This document shows positions 45,329 through 62,760 of a stretch of DNA of 64,000 bases, in pieces. The stretch is from assembly GCF_009914755.1 (NCBI RefSeq), contig NC_060930.1; one strand, written 5' to 3'. The notes beneath the pieces were generated by a model, which was given only the letters and a program-made list of their open reading frames with translations, did not search any database and was not told the origin of the DNA. The DNA is from the human T2T-CHM13v2.0 reference genome, Homo sapiens. The translations under genes and the position numbers were made by a program. Each line of letters starts with the position of its first letter. Position 1 is the first letter of the stretch.

Positions 45329-46059
45329 TGACCTGTAATTTGTAATAATTTTTGATTAATTGAAAATTAGGGTAGTTGACTTTTAGGCTGCAACTCCAAT
45401 ACAAGTAATCAAAATTTTTGAAACAAATTAAATCCAAATTATGAAAAATTTTATATAACACATGTACATTCTCAGTTGAATTTTAAAAGAGTGAAGATAT
45501 GAGAATTCTGATAAATAATATACAGTGTATATTCATTTACCATCATCCTAACTAACAAATGTTATGTACAAGCAACTGTTTTTCCAAAATATGGTTCTTT
45601 TTCTCACATAGCACAAGGTAATTTATTCCTAACCTAACTGAGTTTACCTTTTTATGTCAGTCCTTGTTGAATTGTCTCCAGTGATTGAGCAAGTTTCTGA
45701 TCTTTTTGATTCAAAGACTTTAACTGAAACAATCTTATTTGGTTCCATATACCGTAGTGATGCTGTAAGTATGAGGTGTTAGAGATGGAGGGGGTATCAA
45801 GCTTACCTTAAACAGCAGAAAATTAATACTATAGGATGACATCTTAAAGGTAATTTCAAATACTATCTCTAAGAAGAAAACGGCTTCTATCAGAGAAAAA
45901 AAAAGTTTTATTCCCCTTCTTTGGAACGAGTCCATTTCTACATTTCTCTAGGGTTAGCAGTTGCAGTTTGGCCTAGATCAGCATGGAATATCAACAATAG
46001 TACGTTTTAACTATTGTTACTGATTAGAGAGAGCCATGAAATGTCTTGGTAATCAGCGC

Positions 46060-46600
46060 TGCCTGGTCATCTGCAGTGGCCTCTTAATTGGTCCCCTTGC
46101 CTCTCTTGTCACCAAACTCAGATCCATTCTTCACACCTCAGCTAGAATGTTCTTTCTAAGAGGATAAATACTGCATAATTGTTTTACTTTTCTGCTTACA
46201 CGTAAGTAGCAGCATCTTAGCACGGTATCTGAAGCCCTGGCTGCTTCCCTGGGCTCATCTCTTGCTACACTCTCTCTCATGCTTTATGGTCCAGTGATCC
46301 TAAACTACTTAAATGGCCCAGCACAGCAACCTGTTATGTACTGCAATGTTTTCCAATACTCTCCTCTTTCTGGATGCTATGCCATTTCTCCCTTCTTTTC
46401 CTGTTCAATGCATTTCAAAACAAAGCTGATATATGTAGGTAAAATGTCAATACAATTTTTACTTAAATAAAAACACAGCTTAAGTGTTACTTCTTTTCAG
46501 AAGCCATCCTGGCCTCTGCAGACAAATGTAATCACTTCTGGCTCTCCAGCTCTGCTGTTTGTCTGTATTTTTTCATCTTTCTAAAAATCATTGTCAATGT
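46060..46600 (+). mobile_element. L2 relic
   Basis: CTGCAGTGGCCTCTTAATTGGTCCCCTTGCCTC...TCCATTCTTCACAC...TTTTCAGAAGCCATCCTGGCC. Confidence 0.65.
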
Positions 46601-46792
46601 CATATTACATTTCAATGATCAGTGAGGAACTAGAGGGCCGGAATTGGCCTTCTTTTAAGAGTGACCCTATGGAAGCTAATTGATCTGAACTGAATATCAA
46701 AGAGTTATAAGCTACTAGATTTGTAAGGGGTTTGAATTGGGGCAATGAAAAAATAGGGGTCCAAGAAGGTAGAGGGTCAGTTACACTTTTTT

Positions 46793-47344
46793 AAAAAAAA
46801 ATTTATTTTAGGTTTGCAGGGGGGTACATGTGAAGGTTTGTTACACAGATAAGCTTGTGTCATTGGGGCTTATGGTACATATTATTACATCATTCAGGTA
46901 TTACGCTCAGTGCCCAATAGTTATCATTTCTGCTCTTCTCCCTCCTCCCACTGTCTTCCCTCAAGTAAACCCCAGTGTCTGTTGTTTCCTTCTTTGTGTA
47001 CATAAGTTCTTATCATTTAGCTCCCACTTATTCCTGCCAAAGACATGATCTTGTTCTTTTTTATGGCTATATAATATTCCATGGTATATATGTAACACAT
47101 TTTCTTCATCCAGTCTGTCATTGATAGGCTTTTAGGTTGATTACATGTCTTTGCTATTGTGAACAGTGTTGCAATGAACATTTGTTTGCATGTGTCTTTA
47201 CGGTAGAATGATTTTTATTCCTCTGGTCTCCTTTTCTCTGAAACTTTGCCAGTATCTGTTATTTTTTGACTTTTTCATAATAGTCATTCTGATTGGTGTG
47301 AGATGGTATCTCATTGTGGTTTCGATTTGCATTTTTCTAATGAC
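46793..47344 (-). mobile_element. L1PA14/15-class 3' end with two internal deletions
   Basis: Exact 15-bp TSD CAGTTACACTTTTTT (46778-92, 47351-65); deletions near 47030 and 47226. Confidence 0.92.
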
Positions 47345-47414
47345 AACAAACAGTTACACTTTTTTTGACAGCAGATTTAGCTACCTTATCATTTGTGATG
47401 TGTCTTTTAAAGAT

Positions 47415-47925
47415 TTTTTTGTATTATTTTAAAATCGACATAATATTATATATATTTATTGTGTACAACATGATATTTTGAAATATATATATATAATTGT
47501 GGAATGGCTACATCAAGATTAACATTTGCTTTACTTCACATGGTTGTCATTTTTGTGGTGAGAACTCTTAAAATCTACTCTCCTAGCATTTTTCCAGAAT
47601 GTAATATGTTATTATTAACTATAGTCACCATGTTCAAATTATTCCTTCAAATTATTCCTCCTCAAATTATTCCTCCTATCTAAATGAAATTTTGTATTCT
47701 TTGACTAATATCTTCCCATGCTCCTGTCAAAGACACTGCTCCAGCACCGGGTAACCATCATTCTTCTCTCTACTTCTGTGCAATCAACTTTTCCACACGA
47801 GTGAGATCATGTGGTATTTGGCTTTCTGTGTCTAACTTATTCACTTAATATAATATCCTCCAGGTTCATCCATGTTGTCACAAATGACAGGATTTCCTTG
47901 TTTGTAAAGGCTAAATAGTATTCCA
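47415..47925 (-). mobile_element. L1MA 3' end
   Basis: Same family motifs as 45100-45328, extending to CCTCCAGGTTCATCCATGTTGTCACAAATGACAGGATTTCC. Confidence 0.85.
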
Positions 47926-48374
47926 GTAGGATACTATTGGAATACTACTCTATACTATTCCAGTAGAATACTATATGTAGTATTCTATTCCAATGGAATA
48001 CTATATATACACATTTGGAAAATGTGTATATGATGGCCTGATAAGCAAAAACATATGATTCAACAAAGATTATAAGGTAGGTAATCAAAGGTCAATAATT
48101 AAATGTGACTAAGGACATTTTTGCTTAACAAATATTTGGGCAATACCTACTGGGTGACAGGCACTTTGGGAGATGTTGGAGATAGTAGAGACAAGGAGAC
48201 TGACATGGTCTCTGACTTCTCAGAGTGTGCTGGCAAGTAGGGTTTTCAGAAGGTAAACAATAACTTGTGATCCACTGAGAAAGAAACAGTCATGTGGGAG
48301 GTGCAGGTTTTTATAAGCTAGAAGAATATGTGGGGATGCCTCTTGCAGACTTGGGGTCAGGGCAGGCTTTCCCG

Positions 48375-48541
48375 AGAAAATAAAGAAAATTGGCTGGGCA
48401 TGGTGGTATATGCCTATACTCCCAGCTGCCCAGAGGCTGAGGTGGGAGGATTGCTTGAGCCCAGGAGTTTAAAGCTACAGTAAGCTATGATCATACCACT
48501 GCACTTCAGCTGGGACAATGGAGTGAGACCCTGACTCTAAA
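48375..48541 (+). mobile_element. AluJ right arm/FRAM without poly(A) or TSD, inside an L2 relic
   Basis: A-rich linker then GGCTGGGCATGGTGG...GAGACCCTGACTCTAAA; L2-like flanks at 48110-48374 and from 48542. Confidence 0.85.
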
Positions 48542-49096
48542 GATGCTATCAGGCAAGACTTGGGGGTGTGGTATAAGAAAAGTAATAGAAGCATATTTGT
48601 CTCCATTGTCATACTGCATCATTAATATTTGTTTTAATTTCTAGCTGCCATACATTAGGTTGGAGAAATTAAAGTTCAATATATGCTTGGTGTCTTACTC
48701 TAGGTAAATATCATTTGTAGTGTATATATATGCACTGAAAGGCAATAAATAGACTTGCATCATCCATACTTTGGATATCTCATTTAAAACAATTTTTAGG
48801 GCATCAATTTCTTTAATGAATATTTTAATAAATCATAAGCCATCATTTAAATAATACTAATGATATTTTTGCCTCTTTTGCCACAAGACCTCAAGAATAG
48901 CACAGAGGAAGGGGGTTAGTTACTGTCATGGTTCTTTGCTATGTGAAACTGAGATGAGAAAGATTTACCTTGCAACACTTAAAATTAATTTTTTTCTTTT
49001 TTTCTAGTTTTCTTTTTATCTCTTATACTTACAAAAATCATAAATTAACATTAATTTTAATATCACAGTCACATTTCAGCTATATACTGTGTCAAC

Positions 49097-50072
49097 ATAT
49101 ATATATATGTATATATATATTTTATTATACTTTTAAGTTCTGGTGTACATGTGCAGAATGTGCAGGCTTGTTACAAAAGTATACACGTGCCATGTTGGTT
49201 TGCTGCACCCATCAACTCGTCATTTACATTAGGTATTTCTCCTAATGCTATCCCTCCCCAGCCCCCCACCCCACGACAGGCCCTGGTATGTGATGTTCCC
49301 CTCCCTGTGTTCATGTGTTCTCATTGTTCAATTCCCACTTATAAGTGAGAACATGTGGTGTTTGGTTTTCTGTCCTTGTGATATTTTGCTGAGAATGATG
49401 GTTTCCAGCTTCATCCACATCCCTGCAAAGGACATGAACTCATCCTTTTTATGGCTGCATAGTATTCCATGGTGTATATGTGTCACATTTTCTTTACCAG
49501 TCGATTATTGATGGGCATTTGGGTTGGATGCTAGACTTTGCTATTGTGAGTAGTGCTGCAATAAACATATATGTGCATGTGTCTTTATAGCAGCATGATT
49601 TACAATCCTTTGGGTATATACCCAGTAATGGGATTGCTGGGTCAAATGGTATTTCTAGTTCTAGATCCCTGAGGAATCGCCACACTGTCTTCCACAATGG
49701 TTGAAGTAATTTACACTCCCACCAACAGTGTAAAAGCCTTCCTATTTCTCCACATCCTCTCCAGTATCTGTTGTTTCCTGACTTTTTGATGATCGCCATT
49801 CCAACTGGCGTGAGATGGTATCTCATTGTGGTTTAGATTTGCATTTCTCTAATGACCAGTGATGATGAGCATTTTTTTCATATGTCTGTTGGCTGCATAG
49901 ATGACTTCTTTTGAGAAGTGTTTGTTCATATCCTTTGCCCACTTTTTGATGGGGTTATTTGTTTTTTTCTTGTAAATTTGTTTAAGTTCTTTGTAGATTC
50001 TGGATATTAGCCCTTTGTCAGATGGATAGATTGCAAAAATTTTCTCTCATTCTGTAGGTTGCCTGTTCACTC
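49097..50072 (-). mobile_element. 5'-truncated L1PA6/7-class with (AT)n tail
   Basis: ORF2 C-terminal fragment [14 protein letters not shown]...; L1 3'UTR. Confidence 0.95.
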
Positions 50073-51142
50073 ATTTTTAATTTTAATTTTAATTTTTTAT
50101 TCTATTAATTTAATAAAAGATTCATTGACTAAGATTTCTGCTGATACATTTTATAGGAAGAAAATAAAAAGCAAAGTTGGAAAAATAATGGTCATGCACT
50201 TAGGAAGGGGCCTGAGAAGGCACAGTTTGTACAGGTCTAGCTTTCTGTGGTCAGCTTCTCTTCTGCTCCAATTAGCTAGGGTTTCTCTCTTCCCAGTCAC
50301 AATATTATTAGCTACAACATTATAGCAAAAAAGTCATGTTTGGTCTATTTCAGTTATTGTTTTTAAATTATGCCTGTGGCTGCTAATTGCCAAGTTTATG
50401 GGCATAAAAATTACATTTTTAAACTAACCTAGGCTAGATGTGTGCTCTTGTCTTAAAGGATTGAAAAGATTTTCCTTATGACCTCATGTTGACATTCAAG
50501 TTCTCCTTGCAGTCAGTCTGCTTTCCAAGTCCACTTTGGCATTATAGGTGACTAACTTAGGACTTGAGATGGCAGCCTAGATCTGCATACTGATGCCTTG
50601 ATGGAAGAGAGCAAGGAGAAATTCTGGATGACTGCTGGCTAATAGAGTAGGCTTGTTCTGGACTTGTCTCTTCTGCTTCCTCGGCACTTTGAAGTGTAAT
50701 TACTCTGCAGTGTTGGGGCCCTTCATAAAAGGAAAATTTTTAACTCTTTGAATTTTTATTCTTCTCTCCCAAAGAATGCTAATATACATTTTTTAAAAGA
50801 TTATTTTATTAAGCATAACTCACCTGGGAAATAAGTTAATGGTAAGAATGTACTGGTATTTGGCTTCTCTCCAAATACCAGGTCTCTTTCTTCTCATTCT
50901 TCTAGAAATTTAACAAGGGGCAAATATCAGTTCCCCTAGGATTTATTGAGAAGCTCTTGCTGGTGCTCTGAGTTTGCTCGTAAAGTTTTCCAGAGAATAA
51001 TTCCCCCAGTGTGAGTGGTGAGAAGAGACAATTTAACTCACTGGATGCCTTTGGATATTTAATGAGGAGTAACTCTCATTTTTCAAAATTATACCAATTG
51101 TGTGGGAAAAAAAATCAAGAGTCCAGAGTAAAATGACAGAGA

Positions 51143-51450
51143 GGCTGGGCACAGTGATTTATACTTGTAATCCCAGCACTTAGGGAGGCTAAGGCAGGAG
51201 AATTGCTTGAGGCCAGGAGTTCAAGACCAGCCTGAGCAACATAGCAAGACCCCATCTCTAAAAAGTATGCTGGGCATGGTGATGCACACCTAGAGTCCCA
51301 GCCACCCAGAGGCTGAGGTGGGAGGATTGCTTGAGCCCAGGAGTTCAAGGTTACAGTAAGCTATGATCATACCACTGCATTTCAGCTGGGACAATGGAGT
51401 GAGACCCTGACTCTAAAAGAAAAAAAAAAACAAACAAAAAACTAAAAACA
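51143..51450 (+). mobile_element. AluJ
   Basis: Dimeric; exact TSD AAAATGACAGAGA (51130-42, 51451-63). Confidence 0.93.
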
Positions 51451-51873
51451 AAAATGACAGAGATTTTGTGGTCATGATGGCTCTGTGAAGGTGGAGGAGG
51501 CATCCTGTTCCTGAGGATCTAAGTGGTCTTTATTATTCCTCAGGAGCCTCCTGACATCTATGAGGCCCAGAACAAGAGTACAGATGGATTCTCACATGTC
51601 CTAGTCAAGATTATTTAAATAAAACTGAAATCTTTAAGTTACTTTGAAAAATTTAGTTAAATTTTATTTAATATTTATGAGTCTATTTATAATTCTATAA
51701 TGCCCAGTTAGTTGGCAATAGAAAAAAATGCTATTAATTTTATGGAGCCTATCCTTGAAATTTCAGAATAGATGAAATGAGTATGCAGATCACTGACCAT
51801 CATGTTTATCATGATAAAACATATGAATAAGTAAATACTTTGAAAAATATTTCATGCTAGGAAAGGTAAAGTA

Positions 51874-52171
<298 letters not shown>

Positions 52172-52233
52172 GTAAAGTAGTATTTTTGTGTACATATGAA
52201 ATCTGAAAGCTCATGTCTAACTATAATAACATG

Positions 52234-53052
52234 GCCAACAAACATGTTTTAAAAAGCTTAATATCACTGATTATTAGAGAAATGCAAATTAAAACCACAG
52301 TGGGATACCATCTCATGCTAGTCAGAATGGCAATTATTAAAAAGTCAAGAAACAACAGATGCTGGCGAGGTTGTGAAGAAATAGGAAGACTTTTACCCTG
52401 TCGTTAGGAATGTAAATTAGTTCAACCATTGTGGAAGATGGTGTGATTCCTCAAAAGACCTAGAACCAGAAGTACCATTTGACCCAACAACCCAATTATT
52501 GGATATATACCCAAGGGAATATAAATAATTCTATTACAAAGATACATGCATGAGTATGTTCATTGCAACACTATACACAATAACAAAGACAGGGAATCAA
52601 CCCAAATGCCCGTCAATGATAGACTGAATAAAGAAAATGTGATATATATCATGGAATCGTATGCAGCCATAGAAAGAAACAAGATCATGTCTTTTGCAGG
52701 GACATAGAAGTACCTGGAAGCCATTATCCATTATCCTCAGCAAACTAATGCAGGAACAGAAAACCAAACACAACATGTTCTTACTTATAATTGGGAGCTG
52801 AACAATGAGAACACGTGGACACAGGGATGGAAACAACACACACTGGGTTTTTTGTTGGGGGTGGGGTGGAGTTGGGAGAGCATTAGGAAAAACAGCTAGT
52901 GCATTCTGGGCTTAATACCTAGGTGGTGGGTTGATAGGTGCAGCAAATTACCATGGCACACATTTACCTAAGTAACAAACCTGCACATCCTGCACATGTA
53001 CCCTGGAACTTAAAATAAAAATAAAAATTAATAAAAAAAGAATAAAAAGAAA
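52234..53052 (+). mobile_element. 5'-truncated L1PA10-12-class
   Basis: 3'UTR GAGAGCATTAGGAAAAACAGCTAGTGCATTCTGGGCTTAATACCTAGG; TSD TAATAACATG (52224-33, 53055-64). Confidence 0.9.
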
Positions 53053-53386
53053 GTTAATAACATGATTGCAAAGTTTAGCTAAAACTATCAGAGATCTAAT
53101 AATAATATAATTCTCTAATATTATACTCATAAATTTATAGTACTTATGGAGATTAATCAAAACTCTTTTTCATAAATCATACCATAATTATAACTTAAAT
53201 TTAACTTAAACATAGTTACAGCTATCAACGAGGGGGTTCAACTTTTCTTCATTTGGCATGAGAATGGAAGGGAAAATAAGGAAGTATTGACATAAGGATA
53301 GTTCCTTTAGATTAGACCCTGAGACAAGAATTTGAGTGTAGGTAGTTTTATTTGGAAGGCGATCCCAGAGAACATTGTTAGGAAGG

Positions 53387-54427
53387 TGTGGTGGTTAATT
53401 TTATGTGTCAAATTGCCTGGGCTAAGTGATGCCAAGATAGCTGGTAAAACATTGTTTCTGAGTACGTCTGTGAGGGTATTTTTAAAAGAGATTAATATTT
53501 GGATGAATAGATGGAATAAAGAAGATTGCCTTCACTAACCTGGGTGGCATTATCCAATCTGTCAAGGACTGTAACCCATTTGTTTTGGCCAATTTCTCCC
53601 ATTTGGAATGGATGTATTTACCCAATGTCTGTACCCCTATTGTATCTTGGAAGTAACTAACTTGCTTTTGATTTTATAGGTTCATAGGCAGAAGGGGCTG
53701 GCCTTGTTTCAGATGAGACTTTGGACGGTGGACTTTTGAGTTAATGCTGAAATAAGACTTTGGGGGACTGTTGGAAAGACATTATTGTGTTTTGAAATGT
53801 GAGGACATGAGATTTGAAAGGGGCCAAGGGTGGAATAATATGATTTGGCTGTGTCCCCACCTAAACCTCATCTTGAATTGTAATAACCCCACATGTCAAG
53901 GGTGGGATCAGGTGGGGATAATTGAATCATGGGGGCAGTTTTCTTCATACTGTTGTTGTGATAGTGAATGAGTTCTCACAAGATCTGATAATTTTATAAG
54001 GGGTTTCCCCCTTTGCTTGGCTATTCTCTCATTCTCCTACCTGCCACATTGTAAAGAAGGATATGTTTGTTTTTTCTTTTGCCATGAGTGTAAGTTTCCT
54101 GAGGCCTCCCCAGCCACGCTGAACTGTGAGTCAGTTAAACCTCTTTCCTTTATAAATTACCCAGCCTTGGGTATTTCTTCATAGCAGCATGAAAGCACAT
54201 TAATACAACTAGCCTTCCTGGTTCTCCAGCTTGCGGATGGCAAAGGGTGGGATTTCTTGGCCTCCATAATCGTGTGAGCAAATTCCTATAATAAATCTTT
54301 CTCTTTTCTCTCTTCCTTTATCTCTCTGTCTGTCTATATTTATGTCTCTCTCTCTCTGTCTCTCTCTCTATTCATGCATCCATCCATCCAATTGATTTTG
54401 TTTATCTGGAGAATCCTGACTAGTACC
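53387..54427 (+). mobile_element. MLT2C/D LTR, middle layer (53387-53570 and 54208-54427)
   Basis: TGTGGTGGTTAATTTTATGTGTCAA...; CCTGGTTCTCCAGCTTGC...CTGGAGAATCCTGACTAGTAC. Confidence 0.85.
53571..54207 (+). mobile_element. THE1D LTR (53836-54207) with 265 bp of THE1-int 3' end
   Basis: Internal TTTTGGCCAATTTCTCCCATTTGGAATGG..., polypurine tract GGGGCCAAGGGTGGAA, LTR ...TTTGGCTGTGTCCCCACC...TAATACA. Confidence 0.9.
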
Positions 54428-55132
54428 AAAGAAAAAGAAGCTAGTAAGTGCATCAATGGGCAGACTGCCATTGTGGGCAACTGGAGTTCAATGCCAATGG
54501 GAACCTCTTGGGCACTGTGTATGGCACATATTGGTTGTCCCCATAAGGGGACAAGCAAGCCCTGTGACTTTTTATGTTTAACACATAAATAAGTCAACTT
54601 CATAAGTTTCAAAGAAACCAATATTAAATTGTTTAGAAAGTCAAAATAATTATATTTTAGATCAATTTACCTGAAATGACTCTTGTGATGTTGTAATTTG
54701 TCACCAGACATATCTGTTGTCCAACATAAGTGATAATAAAAAGAGATGTCAGTGAATCTATTTAAAAAAAAACTGAGAATTTTGAAAACTAATTGGTTCA
54801 TTTTATGCAGTTAGTTTATTATTTATTAAGGTCTGTATTGTCTGTGATAACCTAATTACCATGTACCAAAGTAGGTCAAATAAGGCATTTTGAATGTTAT
54901 ATTCTTGGTTTTGGAAGAGCTATGGTGACGTTTCAAATTGAACAGTATTATTTTTGAGAAAGATACCATTTCAATGACAGAAAATAATTTTCACTACTTA
55001 GGGCAAATTTTGGCATTTTCTTTTCAACTGCAGAAGTCTGAGTATGGCTTAAGAAAAGGGCAAATCTGCATGATGAAGTTTAGTAAGGCCATGGAAATGC
55101 TGCAAGTCTGCTTAATAGTTTGTTCCTTTTAA

Positions 55133-57318
<2,186 letters not shown>

Positions 57319-57580
57319 GAAATAACTAGGATAACAGAAAACAAACAAACGAACAAACAGACAAAAATTTTAGCCCCTGTCCTAACAATGTCATTTTTTC
57401 CGTTCAGGTGCAGGATACAAATTGGGTGCCTTCTCAGGGCCTCTTCATTCCTCCCTCCTCCTTGACTCCTTGGCTGATTCCCATGGAAGGGAAGAGGAAG
57501 AGCAATTTAATAGAGTTATTCTATTACCTTTTAAGAATTTCATACTTTTTAAAGAAATACTGAATAATGGGTACATTTTA

Positions 57581-58950
57581 TTTTATTTTTTTAATTAAAT
57601 TGTGGTAATATATATAAATGACATTTTACCATCTTAACCATTTTTAAATGTACAGCTCAATAGTAAGTTCATTCTCATTGTTGTGCAGCCAATCTCTAGA
57701 ATTCTTTTCATCTTGCAATACTAAAACTTTGTGTTCTTTAAACAACTCCTCGTTTCCCTATCTCCCATCCCCCGGAAACCATCCTTTCACTTGTTGTCTC
57801 CATGAATTGACTACACTAGGTATTTCATATCTGTGGAATCATACAGTCTTTGATTTTTTTGGTGACTGGATTATTTCCCTTAGCATAATGTCCTCAAGTT
57901 TCATCCATGTTATAGCATGTCAGAATTTTCTTCTTTTTAGAGGCTGCATAAGAGTCCATTGTATGTACATACCACATGTAGTTTATCCATTCATTTGTCA
58001 ATGGACATTTGTGTTGCTCCTACCTTTTGGCTACTGCAATTAGTACAGCTTATGGGCATAGATATAAAAATATATTTCCAAGATCCCACTTTTAATTATT
58101 TTGGGTATATACGCAGAAGTGGGATTGCTGGATCATATGGTAGTCCTATTTTTAATTTTTTGAGGAATCTTCATACTGTTTTTTTAATAGCAGCTGAACC
58201 ATTTACCTTCCTACCAACAGTGTATAAGTTTTCTAATTTCTTCATATCATCACAGCACTTATTTTGTTTATCTGTTTGCTTTTTGATAGCAGCCATCCAA
58301 ATGGATTTGAGGTGTTATCTCATTATGGTTTTGATTTGCATTTTTTCATGGTTAGTGATGCTGAGCATTTTTTCCTGTGCTTGTTCTGATTTGTATCTCT
58401 TCTTTAGAAAAATATCTATTTCAGTCTCTTGCTGAATCAAGTTTTCATTATCATTGAGAAGTTCTTTATTCTGGATATTAACCCTTATCAGATATATAAT
58501 TTGCAGGCATTGTTTTAATTCTATAGTTTGCCTTTTCACTCTGGTGATCATGTCTTTGATGAACAGAAGTTTTAAAATTCTATGCATTTTATTTTTGTAT
58601 GTTTACTTTTGTTGCCTGTGCTTTTGGTGTCATGTTCAAGAATTCATTGTCAAATTCAATGTCATGAAGTTTTCCTCCCATGTTTTCTCTTAAGAGTTTT
58701 AGAATTTTAGGTCATACATTTTGGTCTTTGATACATTTTTAGTTACTTTTTAAATATTTTTTAAGGTAATGGCCCAACTTCATTCTTTTGCATTGTGGAC
58801 AGCCAGTTTTTTCCAATACCATTTGTTGAAGACTGTCCTTTCTCCACTGACTGTTCCTGGCACTTTTGTAAATAACCATTAACCATATATACGAAGTTTT
58901 ATTTCTGGGTTCTCTCTTTATATTCCAATTATCTTTATGGCTATCTATAA
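57581..58950 (-). mobile_element. 5'-truncated L1MB
   Basis: TTTACCATCTTAACCATTTTTAAATGTACAG 3'UTR motif; exact TSD GGTACATTTTA (57570-80, 58951-61). Confidence 0.88.
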
Positions 58951-58999
58951 GGTACATTTTAAAATATATTTTATGTCTGAAACATTAACAAATATCATC

Positions 59000-59520
59000 A
59001 AAATTAGCTAATAGTTTGGCTGGTCATAGAGTGATTTCCTTTCATAATTTGAAAGTCATTGCTTCACTACTTCAAGCATCCAGAATTGCTGTTTAAAATC
59101 ATTAAGTTGGGCATTTGGTGTAATTTTTTAATCTGGAAACTCACATTCTTTCTTTATGTTAAACTTTCCTTTAGCATTTCTTATATGATTTTCTTCCATT
59201 TCTCTTCTCTCCTTTTTGAACATGTATTATCTAGATGTAGTATAGTATAGTAATTGAATCACATATCATAGAGATATATCTAGAAGAATTTTCAGTCTTT
59301 CATTGACATTTAAAAATTTCTGCTGTATGAATTGAATTTCTAAGGGCTGTTTTATTGCATTTTCTACAGTTTTATGGCATTAATGTCTGCTCACATCTCT
59401 TCAAGGAGATGGAAACGATATTTTTGAAGTTTATTCTCCCTCCATGTTTTTTTTGTATTTCTTAAAGTTTTATTTGGAAGCATGAAATCTATCTTGTTTA
59501 ACTGAAGGTTTTCCTCATAT
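59000..59520 (-). mobile_element. Ancient L1ME ORF1/5' region relic (continues at 61905-62016 and 62761-63350)
   Basis: AATCTGGAAACTCACA..., TTTTTGAAGTTTATTCTCC, GGTTTTCCTCA; continuation GTTTTCCTCAAATTTCTGATGATTCTTGGCTGCCTG. Confidence 0.55.
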
Positions 59521-59596
59521 TCATATTTTTATTGAATTATTTATTTATTTATTTATTTTTCGTTTTTTTTTGAGAGTGGTAATTGCATTTTCTCAG

Positions 59597-61795
<2,199 letters not shown>

Positions 61796-62025
61796 TCAAT
61801 TTTAGCCAGATTACCATATTTCAATGTAATTGGCACTTGGGGAATGGTGAATATCAGACCTTTTATTGTCATTGTATACTATTTTTAAAATCTTCCAGGT
61901 TACAAGTTTTCCTCAAATTTCTGATGATTCTTGGCTGCCTGCTCATGGTTAAGAATGGGAGGACAAATGGAATCGAATTAAACTTAAGAGAGTTTTGAGT
62001 TATTGTCAAATATTCAAAGAGCAAG

Positions 62026-62760
62026 TGGACACATACATCTTCCCAAGACTCAACTAAGAAGAAATTGAATAGGAGAATAGACCAATAAAATGTTCTAAAA
62101 TTGAGGCAGTAATTAATAGCCTACCAACCAAAAAAAGCCTAGGACCAGACAGATTTACAGTTGTACTCAAAGGTACAAAGAAGAGCTGGTACCATTTTTA
62201 CTAAAACAATTCCAAATAATTGAAAAGGAGAGACTACTCCCTAACTCATTTTATGAGGCCAGCATCATCCTGATACCAAAACCTGGCAGAGATACAACAA
62301 AAAAACAAAACTTCAGGCCAATATCTCTGATGAACATCAATGCAAAAATCCTCAATAAAATACTGGCAAACCGAATCCAGCAGCACATCAAAAAGCTTAT
62401 TCACCACGATCAAGTCAGCTTCATCACCAAGATGCAAGGCTGGTTCAACATATGCAAATCAATATATGTAATTCATCACGTAAACAGAACTAAAGAGAAA
62501 AACCTATGTGATTATCTCAATAGACACAGAAAAGGCCTTCGATAAAATTCAACTTCATGTTAAAAACTCTCAATAAACTAGGTGTTGATGGAACATACCT
62601 CAAATAAGAGCCATTTATGACAAGCCCACAGCCAATATCATAGTGAATGGGCAAAAGCTGGAAGCATTCTCCTTGAAAACCTGCACAAGACAAAAATGCC
62701 TTGCTCTCTCACCACTTCTATTCAACATAGTATTGGAAGTTCTGGCCCCGGCAATGAGAC
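62026..62760 (+). mobile_element. Internal L1 ORF2 fragment (L1PA7/8-like), no 3' end
   Basis: Encodes [28 protein letters not shown]...; ends at GGCAATGAGAC with no poly(A). Confidence 0.9.

Larger units (their letters stand above)
53295..54560 (-). mobile_element. LTR16-like ERVL LTR, outer layer (53295-53386 and 54428-54560)
   Basis: AGACCCTGAGACAAGAATTTGAGTGTAGGTAGTTTTATTTGGAAGGCGATCCCAG, continuing as CCATTGTGGGCAACTGGAG. Confidence 0.6.

Noticed and set aside
45100-47925. Local duplication of the two L1MA 3' ends
   Set aside because: They differ at many positions and their flanks are unrelated, consistent with independent insertions.
57319-59596. Spacer already inverted between the two young L1s (suggested by the swapped TSD-like match)
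   Set aside because: The ancient L1ME relic in the spacer (59000-59520) appears collinear with its continuation at 61905 onward, and the reciprocal TSD match is poor.
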